A stretch of 32,846 nucleotides of DNA, taken from Nemertoderma westbladi. Its lineage: Eukaryota > Animalia > Xenacoelomorpha. The notes under the pieces were generated by a model, which searched no databases, was not told the origin of the DNA, and worked only from the letters and a program-made list of their open reading frames with translations. Positions 10,405 through 19,100 of the stretch are shown here, in pieces (position 1 is the stretch's first letter; every line of letters begins with the position of its first letter). Both the position numbers and the translations under genes were made by a program. The stretch lies in the NCBI GenBank assembly GCA_032718475.1, contig JAUCBJ010002223.1:1-32846 (forward strand), in the 5' to 3' direction.

Positions 10405-11473
10405 GGGTAAATCTTTTCGACCTACGCGTAGGCCTAAGCGTAGCTACGCGTAGTTCGCAATATTGGGTCATACATCACCAGTTTCAGTGTTTTAACATTA
10501 ACTACGCGTAGGTGCTACGTATAACTACGCGTAGGTGCAACCCATAACTATGCCTATACGACGATTATCATTAGTAGGCCTACGTATTCCAAGTGGTTCA
10601 GTACTTAAATAAGACAATGCGGTATGTTCAATATACAACCCACAACAATCAAATGCTTTCAACAGTAATGTATCCTATACCTGTATACTCTATGTAGCGG
10701 CATACGCTAAGACTACATATTCTTCACTTCATGCGTTGCGCGCGCTAAAATGTGTTAATAATGTTTAGAGTTCAAAAATAGTTTACAAAAGGAAGACCGA
10801 TGGTTCTTATCGATTCTCCATTGGTTTTTATTGCCTTTGTTCACGAGAGGGCAAGGGTATATTTAATATGCTAACCCCTTGACAAAGGAAGGGGGATACT
10901 AAATTGTCTACCATGATTGGTTGCACTTGTTATTTGACCAAACAATTGAATTATATGCAGTATTATCATGTTTTCGCTTAACCACTTCAGCGGTAGACTG
11001 GTAGCTTACACTACTGTAGAATGTTTAAATTATCCAATGCAAACAAAGATACTTGAATCATGAGACGTGAATTTTAAGTCTACTTTTTATTCATCCTGTA
11101 TTTGTATGTGAAAGAGCCGAATATAATTTATTACCAGTGCTGTATGTCTGTATGTATAGAGATATGAGTTTCCGATTCTGTTATTCCATTTGTCTGATAA
11201 TCAGATACCTGACATACCTATACTTGCCTAACAACTCAACCCTACCGGACCTGAAATGAAAAATCATTGTTATCGGGACTGCTACGCGTGGCACCTACGC
11301 GTAGCAACGCGTAGCACCTACGCGTAGTTTCAAAATACCTACGCGTAGTTTTAAAACACCTACGCGTAGTTGTTAAAAAGGCAGTAAGTCTGGCCCTACC
11401 GCTGTATCGGTAAATGACAGGAATGGAAGTTACAAACTACGCATAGCTACGCGTAGGTCGAAAAGATTTACCC
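10405..11473. mobile_element. Non-autonomous DNA transposon (MITE), 1069 bp, 27-bp perfect TIRs, 8-bp TSD
   Basis: Left end GGGTAAATCTTTTCGACCTACGCGTAG; right end CTACGCGTAGGTCGAAAAGATTTACCC. Flanked by identical CACAGAGT (10397-10404 and 11474-11481). Many subterminal CTACGCGTAG palindromes and no ORF. GG termini with an 8-bp TSD fit Merlin or MULE; superfamily uncertain. Confidence 0.92.
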
Positions 11474-11613
11474 CACAGAGTACCAGTACGGCAGTATTAC
11501 CAGAGTACGGCACCGGTACATACAACAGTACACTGACTTAAACTGACCTATCAACATCATAATTAATTATAGAACTTAACGAAATATTCTGATATTCTAG
11601 TGTTAAGATTGTA

Positions 11614-12594
11614 ATGAGTAAACTTCTGAATGCTATCATCTCTCGTTACAGTTCCCAAATATTTATCGGATCAATAGGTTTAGGCTTAGCAAGCTACCAA
11701 GCCTCGCCCAATGTGTTCCCTGGACTGGGTCAACTAGGCCTATTAAACGCGACGGTAAACTACCTCGGGGATGAACTATCTCCCGGCATTGTTTCAGTAG
11801 TCCGGGAGGCTGCAGCGGATGCTGGGTTCCAGTCCGACAGTGTCCGACCATTCCATGGTACCGACGCATTCTGCCGATGCGTCGGATGGCCATGGTTCCA
11901 CGGTACCACCCGTCTGGGCCTGTCCCCTGTGATCGCATTATCGCACACACGCGAGTTAACAAAATCCAAAGTAAAGATTTATAATCAATCGGTCGATTGG
12001 TTTTCGGATGCGGGAGAGACTCTAGCTGAGGCGTTGATTATGCCGGAGCGATGCAAAAAGTACGAGATCGCTCACACTCTGAACTGTCAACAACTCGGTA
12101 TGGGGGTATTTAATATATTTTGGGCGCCAACTTCCTTTTTTTTAACTCATAGTGTAGTAAAACGCCTCCCATCTGAGATGCCACCAACTCTACGTAGATT
12201 CACCCGCATTGTTATCCCCCCGGCTGTCTCTCAATATTTAAGTGTAAAGTTCCGAGTCACCAATGCAATACCAATTGGTGTGGTTTATCGACTTGTGTTG
12301 CTCGTGGGGTTCGCTTATGTGGTTTATAAGGGGGGAACCGACTTGGTAGACAGGCAGATTATACTAGCCGCGGACAGAAAGACCGCCGCTATAAATACCG
12401 ACTACAAACAAGCCGGTATCGAGATGTTGCAGAGAAGGATGCTGGCCCAGAGGTGTCTGAAGATTTTATACCCAAAAGAAACGAAATGGACGGTATCTGA
12501 TACAGGAGATGTCGTGTTCATGAGAAGTTTATTACAGATGCGACTGAGCGAGAGATTGAAACATTTAGAAGTAGTAAATAGTGAAGACCGGTAA
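11614..12594 (+). CDS. TMEM177: TMEM177-like mitochondrial inner-membrane protein, single-exon CDS
   Basis: VDWFSDAGETLAEALIMPERCKKYEIA and ADRKTAAINTDYKQAGIEMLQRRMLAQRCLKIL parallel the remembered TMEM177 motifs VDWxSxAGxxLxxSLxLSxxAxKFAxA and ADRxxAxLxxxYxxGGVEFYxKxLxxNxxLRxL. Hydrophobic segments are present and the length (326 aa) fits. Confidence 0.8.
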   Translation: MSKLLNAIISRYSSQIFIGSIGLGLASYQASPNVFPGLGQLGLLNATVNYLGDELSPGIVSVVREAAADAGFQSDSVRPFHGTDAFCRCVGWPWFHGTTRLGLSPVIALSHTRELTKSKVKIYNQSVDWFSDAGETLAEALIMPERCKKYEIAHTLNCQQLGMGVFNIFWAPTSFFLTHSVVKRLPSEMPPTLRRFTRIVIPPAVSQYLSVKFRVTNAIPIGVVYRLVLLVGFAYVVYKGGTDLVDRQIILAADRKTAAINTDYKQAGIEMLQRRMLAQRCLKILYPKETKWTVSDTGDVVFMRSLLQMRLSERLKHLEVVNSEDR

Positions 12595-12610
12595 CATAAA
12601 AGTGTTGTTA

Positions 12611-12616
12611 AATAAA
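12611..12616 (+). terminator. Putative polyadenylation signal AATAAA of the TMEM177-like gene
   Basis: AATAAA 16 nt after the stop codon, with GT-rich sequence downstream. AT-rich context lowers specificity. Confidence 0.4.
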
Positions 12617-13118
12617 TAGATTAATTAATTATTATGCAAGTTGTAAGTTGGATTTGCAATAGCTTTGTATGTTCTTGTTCTATTGTAAGCTATTGATTCA
12701 TTACAAACTCTACCGAAATTATTTCTACCATTTTCGGTGTGATGCAATCAACTTAATCACTATAATTTAAGAAGTATAATTTCGGAAATATTCGAAAAAT
12801 TAGTTTGTTGCTAGGTAGCAGAACGAATATAAATTTTACATGTGTAGCCCTGCAATCAGCTTTCCTGCAATCAATGTTCAAAGGAAATTGGAAAGCATAA
12901 AAAAAACTGGCGGGTGGCGAGAGAAAACTTTCTCAAGAGTTACATTGACGGGAGTGGCGGACCTAATTAACAATTCAGTTTATTCTTATGCACAATTGCA
13001 TATATTTGTTACATAGTCTAAGCTAGGTATTTATGTATTTAAACACCTTCTAAGTTGTTGTAAACGATTGGTATTACTTTATAAGACTCATTTTAGTGAT
13101 ATGATAATGTAAATACTA

Positions 13119-14246
13119 ATGTCAATGGCAGCTAAGAAGTTTAAACTGGCTCTGCCTTCGTTGGATGATATAGACAAATTTCGGGATGAAATCCCACAGG
13201 TAACGCCGACCTTCACGAAAACATACAAAGCGAACATAGTGAGTCATGGTGATGGTGACAACTCATCGAGTTCACGTGACCAGCGACAGGTGATTTCATC
13301 TAGTGACGCAAGTGACATTGTGAAAAATAATAACGCCGACAAGGTCTCAGAACAATGTAAAAAGGATTCAGTCAGAAAAATAACTAAATATGACAATGAC
13401 AACGTTCCCAAAAAAACATCATCAAATCAACTTCAATCTACAGCGTTCCCTCCAAGCAATGTCAAAATAATAAACTCTAAAGTTTCTTCCGAATTCGATA
13501 AATTTAAACCACCACCACCACCACCAGAAACTGAAAGTAATTCAAAACCAGTAGTTGAAAGAAAAGATAAAACGACTAACGAACTCAAAGGAGGTGGAAA
13601 TGCGGTGATAGTAAACTCGAGACAGAGAGGCAACCCGATATTAAAGCACATACGTAACGTCCCGTGGGAGTTCGGAAACATTGTTCCAGACTACGTGATG
13701 GGACCGAGTAGTTGTGCCTTGTTCCTCAGTCTCAGGTACCACAACCTGAATCCGGCATACATCCACAGTCGGCTGGACCAGCTCGCCAAGTCCTACAACC
13801 TCAGAGTCCTTCTCGTCCTCATCGATATCGCCGACCCCCACCACGCCCTCAAGGAGTTATCCAAACTCTCCATCGTAAAGGACCTCACCATGATACTGGC
13901 CTGGTCCAACGAAGAGGCTGGTCGATACATAGAGACATATAAGACATACCAGTACAAACCGCCAGAGGCGCTGAAAGGTAAACAGGAGACAGACTTCTAC
14001 TCGCAGGCTCAGGATTGCCTCACCTCAGTCCGTTCGGTGAACAAGACAGACGTCTCGGTTCTTTTCTCGCGGTACCGGACCATGGATCGGATTGCCTCGG
14101 CCGCTACCGTCGACCTAGAGACCCTCCCAGGGTTCGGGCCACAGAAAGCGAGACGCCTCTATCACGCCTTCCACGAACCCTTCATAAAACAAACCCGAAA
14201 GAAATCCACACCAAATCCAAAGCAACTCAAAATAGTTGATAGTTAA
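13119..14246 (+). CDS. ERCC1: DNA excision repair protein ERCC1 (Rad10 family), single-exon CDS
   Basis: Central domain VNSRQRGNPILKHIRNVPWEFGNIVPDYVMG...ALFLSLRYHNLNPAYIHSRL, LRVLLVLID, LAWSNEEAGRYIETYK; tandem HhH motifs LTSVRSVNKTD and LPGFGPQKARRL; N-terminal KKF motif and a disordered extension. Confidence 0.98.
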   Translation: MSMAAKKFKLALPSLDDIDKFRDEIPQVTPTFTKTYKANIVSHGDGDNSSSSRDQRQVISSSDASDIVKNNNADKVSEQCKKDSVRKITKYDNDNVPKKTSSNQLQSTAFPPSNVKIINSKVSSEFDKFKPPPPPPETESNSKPVVERKDKTTNELKGGGNAVIVNSRQRGNPILKHIRNVPWEFGNIVPDYVMGPSSCALFLSLRYHNLNPAYIHSRLDQLAKSYNLRVLLVLIDIADPHHALKELSKLSIVKDLTMILAWSNEEAGRYIETYKTYQYKPPEALKGKQETDFYSQAQDCLTSVRSVNKTDVSVLFSRYRTMDRIASAATVDLETLPGFGPQKARRLYHAFHEPFIKQTRKKSTPNPKQLKIVDS

Positions 14247-14259
14247 TTAAATGTCTCTT

Positions 14260-14265
14260 AATAAA
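14260..14265 (+). terminator. Putative polyadenylation signal AATAAA of ERCC1
   Basis: AATAAA 13 nt after the stop codon; an alternative AATAAA lies at ~14388. Confidence 0.35.
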
Positions 14266-15118
14266 ATAACTCTATGCCTACATTGTGCGATGCGAGCAGC
14301 CAGTTATTATAATAGCCTAAAATTTAACTGAATTTCATCTTTGTTAATTATTGTTTGAGTTGTTGTTCAAATTTATCTTTCTTTTACAATAAAAATTAAA
14401 TTTACAATAACACCAAATACAACACTAAATGTACAGACCAATACAATGCTGTAATGTCCTCTAAAGTTGTAAAGTGATAAATAACAACTCGCTGTTAATA
14501 CTAACGGCGTTGAGTAATGTTACAATTTTATAATAAAATGTATTACTATAAATTAGATAATTTGTCACGTTCAGTTATTAATCCGGGTTTTTGTTTGACT
14601 CAAATTGAATATAATTCAAACTGTCGGGATCACAACATAAGTTCATATGAAGACCTCCCTGACCAAAGATATGGCTATAACATTGAGAAAATAATTAAAA
14701 TTAATTTTTTCCCAAGTCGTATTTTCTCAATATTTTTGTTATCTTATATTTATTTTTCATCAATGTTTTCACCTTGAAGTCTCGAGTTTGGTTTGTCTTA
14801 CACATTATAGCAGGTATATATCTCAACCTACTCCAAAATGTGAAAATATTGAAAGAACATCGACCTAGAAAATATTTGCAAGTAATTTGAGCAAAATCCA
14901 TTCACACACTCAAAAGTTATTGAACCTTTAGTGTCTGCGCGGCGTACACCAAAACGGAACTCAATAACCAATATTGGTTTATGTACTAGTTAAGCGGCTC
15001 GGATATGGGATATACCCCCTGCCGAAAGAGGTCCAGTTTAGTTAGTGTTACACCTTTGGTATCCTGGGTGAGAGTTTTGGATGGAATGGAGAATCTGGAA
15101 TACAATTATTATATGGGG

Positions 15119-15331
15119 TTAAATACCGCTGAGAATAGCCGAAAACTCACCACTGAGAAAGTCCATATTCCGAGAGGGGGGCGGTGATGAGTCTGTAGAA
15201 TCAATACGCCAAGATTGGTGGGAGTAGGAGCTGACGGTTGATTCATCGGAATCGGAATCGTCAGGCATAAAGGAAACATCATCATCAGAATCACTTTCAT
15301 CTGCAACAACATTATAACGATTTTTCAACAT
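15119..15331 (-). pseudogene. Short acidic ORF, possibly a relic N-terminus of a piggyBac-like transposase
   Basis: ATG-initiated 70 aa with ADESDSDDDVSFMPDDSDSDES followed by W...PPP...F. This resembles the acidic N-termini of DNA-transposon proteins, but no catalytic domain follows. Confidence 0.25.
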
Positions 15332-15363
15332 TTATACCAAAATATAAGAGTTCAAACTATTAA

Positions 15364-16136
15364 GGGTGTGGGGTACCCCAACAAATTAAAAAAAAATTAT
15401 CTAGAAAACTTTTTGTTCGACTATTTAAGATCAAAATTTTTCGTCTATTATACAAGTTTTTTTTATAGGCATAGGATAAGTCTTAGGTGCCCAAATGTCT
15501 GTCGGTCGGTCTGTCTGAAGAGTCTGTCAAAACTGACAGACAGACAGACACGAGAGACAGACAGTCTAGATTTGGTCAAACTCAAAAACTGACATCAGAA
15601 ATGAAATCACCGGGGCGACGAGGAAAACCCCTATATCGGAATTTTTAAGCAGGTGACTTATTTATTTTTTACAACCAGTTTGAATAATTCCTCGATTTAT
15701 AAAAAAAAATGCGTTGAAAACTTTGAATGTCTTTTTATCGAAAAGTATTTTTTTTTGTATTTTTTTTTCGACACAACGGTACACTTTTCTGAGGAACTAC
15801 TGGATGAAATCTCATGTGAAATTTTCATTAAATGTTCATATCAACGATTGGCCTATGCATGACTTTGTTGGTTGGGTGCTTTCTTAAGAAGTTATTAAGA
15901 AAACAGTTGTTGAAATTTCGAGTTTTTAGTCTAAAACCGGGTATTGTTTACAAAAATATTTAAAAAAAATTTAATTTTTTTAGTCTTGCTCATGTCCGAA
16001 TAAATTAATTGGAGTTTATGGTTGCTACAGGTACCTGCAAAATTTCAGGAAATTTTATTTACGAGTTCTCTCAGAAAGGTACATTTTGTTTAATATTAAA
16101 ACATTAAAGAAAACCCTGGGTTAGTACCCTTCAACC
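15364..16136. mobile_element. TTAA-flanked non-autonomous DNA transposon (Kolobok-like MITE), 773 bp
   Basis: TTAA|GGGTGTGGGGTAC ... GTACCCTTCAACC|TTAA (TTAA at 15360-15363 and 16137-16140). 13-bp imperfect TIR with 10/13 matches. GG...CC termini plus TTAA fit Kolobok rather than piggyBac (CC...GG). No long ORF. Confidence 0.6.
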
Positions 16137-16180
16137 TTAATGAGAGCCTGCTAACTAAAGTGTCAGTGGTAAAAGTAGGG

Positions 16181-19100
16181 TACTCAATGCTGTGACAAGA
16201 TTACTCAGTGCTGTGACAAGATTATTCAGTGCTGTCACTAGATTACTCAGTGCTGTCACTAGAATACTCAGCTGTCACTAGATTACTCAGTGCCGTCACT
16301 AGATTACTCAGTGCTGTGACTAGATTACTCAGTGCTGTCACTAGATTACTAAGTGCTGTCACTAGATTACTCAGTGCAGTCACTAGATTACTCAGCTGTC
16401 AGTAGTTTACTCAGTGCTGTGACTAGATTACTCAGTGCTGTCACTAGATTACTCAGTGCTGTCACTAGATTACTCAGTGCTGTCATTAGATTACTCAGTG
16501 CCGTCACTAGATTACTAAGTGCTGTCACTAGATTACTCAGCTGTGTCTAGATTACTCAGTGCTGTCACTGGATTACTCAGTGCTGTCACTAGATTACTCA
16601 GTGCTGTCACTAGATTACTCAGTGCTGTCACTAGATTACTCAGTGCTGTCACTAGATTACTCAGTGCTGTCACTAGATTACTCAGTGCTAGATTACTCAG
16701 TGCTGTCACTAGATTACTCAGTGCTGTCACTAGATTACTCAGTGCTGTCACTAGATTACTCAGTGCTGTCATTAGATTACTCAGTGCCGTCACTAGATTA
16801 CTAAGTGCTGTCACTAGATTACTCAGCTGTGTCTAGATTACTCAGTGCTGTCACTGGATTACTCAGTGCTGTCACTAGATTACTCAGTGCTGTCACTAGA
16901 TTACTCAGTGCTGTCACTAGATTACTCAGTGCTGTCACTAGATTACTCAGTGCTGTCACTAGATTACTCAGTGCTAGATTACTCAGTGCTGTCACTAGAT
17001 TACTCAGTGCTGTCACTAGATTACTAAGTGCTGTCACTAGATTACTCAGCTGTGTCTAGATTACTCCGTGCTGTGACTAGATTACTCAGCTGTGACTAGA
17101 TTACTCAGCTGAGACTAGATTACTCAGCTGAGACTAGATTACTCAGCTGAGACTAGATACTCAGCTGTGTCTAGATTACTCCGTGCTGTGACAAGATTAT
17201 TCAGTGCTGTCACTACATTACTCAGTGCTGCGACTAGATTACTCAGCTGCGACTAGATTACTCAGCTGCGACTAGATTACTCAGTGCTGTCACTAGATTA
17301 CTAAGTGCTGTCACTAGATTACTAAGTGCTGTCACTAGATTACTCAGTGCTGTCACTAGATTACTCAGTGCTGCGACTAGATTACTCAGTGCTGTCACTA
17401 GATTACTCAGTGCTGTCACTAGATTACTCAGTGCTGCGACTAGATTACTCAGTGCTGTAACTAGATTACTCAGAGCTGTCACTAGATTACTCAGAGCTGT
17501 CACTAGATTACTCAGTGCTGTCACTAGATTACTCAGTGCCGTCACTAGATTACTAAGTGCTGTCACTAGATTACTCAGTGCTGTCACTAGATTACTCAGT
17601 GCTGTCAATAGATTACTCAGTGCTGTCACTAGATTACTCAGTGCTGTCACTAGATTACTCAGTGCTGCGACTAGATTACTCAGTGCTGTCACTAGATTAC
17701 TCAGTGCTGTCACTAGATTACTCAATGCTGTCAATAGATTACTCAGTGCTGTCACTAGATTACTCAGTGCTGCGACTAGATTACTCAGTGCTGTCACTAG
17801 ATTACTCCGTGCTGTCACTAGATTACTCAGTGCTGTCACTAGATTACTCAGTGCTGTCACTAGATTACTCAGTGCTGTCACTAGATTACTCAGTGCTGTC
17901 ACTAGATTACTCAGTGCTGTCACTAGATTACTCAGTGCCGTCACTAGATTACTCAGTGCAGTCACTAGATTACTCAGTGCTGTCACTAGATTACTCAGTG
18001 CTGTCACTAGATTACTCAGTGCTGTCACTAGATTACTCAGTGCTGTCACTAGATTACTCAGTGCTGCGACTAGATTACTCAGTGCTGCGACTAGATTACT
18101 CAGTGCTGTCACTAGATTACTCAGTGCTGTCACTAGATTACTCAGTGCTGTCACTAGATTACTCAGTGCTGTCACTAGATTACTCAGTGCTGCGACTAGA
18201 TTACTCAGTGCTGTCACTAGATTACTCAGTGCTGTCACTAGATTACTCAGTGCTGTCACTAGATTACTCAGTGCTGCGACTAGATTACTCAGTGCTGTCA
18301 CTAGATTACTCAGTGCTGTGACTAGATTACTCAGTGCTGTGACTAGATTACTCAGTGCTGTCACTAGATTACTCAGTGCTGTCACTAGATTACTCTGTGC
18401 TGTCACTAGATTACTCAGTGCTGTCACTAGATTACTCAGTGCTGCGACTCGATTACTCAGTGCTGTCACTAGATTACTCAGTGCTGTCACTAGATTACTC
18501 AGTGCTGTCACTAGATTACTCAGTGCTGCGACTAGATTACTCAGTGCTGTCACTAGATTACTCAGTGCTGTCACTAGATTACTCAGTGCTGTGACTAGAT
18601 TACTCAGTGCTGTCACTAGATTACTCAGTGCTGTCACTAGATTACTCTGTGCTGTCACTAGATTACTCAGTGCTGTCACTAGATTACTCAGTGCTGTCAC
18701 TAGATTACTCAGTGCTGTCACTAGATTACTCAGTGCTGCGACTAGATTACTCAGTGCTGTCACTAGATTACTCAGTGCTGTCACTAGATTACTCAGTGCT
18801 GTCACTAGATTACTCAGTGCTGCGACTAGATTACTCAGTGCTGTCACTAGATTACTCAGTGCTGTCACTAGATTACTCAGTGCTGTGACTAGATTACTCA
18901 GTGCTGTCACTAGATTACTCAGTGCTGTCACTAGATTACTCAGTGCTGTCACTAGATTACTCAGTGCTGTCACTAGATTACTCAGTGCTGCGACTAGATT
19001 ACTCAGTGCTGTCACTAGATTACTCAGTGCTGTCACTAGATTACTCAGTGCTGTGACTAGATTACTCAGTGCTGTCACTAGATTACTCAGTGCTGTCACT

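Noticed and set aside
6371-14239. Short antisense or alternative-frame ORFs overlapping PCYOX1, FAM185A, TMEM177 and ERCC1
   Set aside because: Shadow ORFs of GC-rich coding sequence with no recognisable motifs.
14966-14990. Helitron-like 3' end (palindrome AACCAATATTGGTT followed by CTAG|T)
   Set aside because: The hairpin is AT-rich and short, and no 5' end could be defined. The region may be a repeat, but it cannot be classified from this window.
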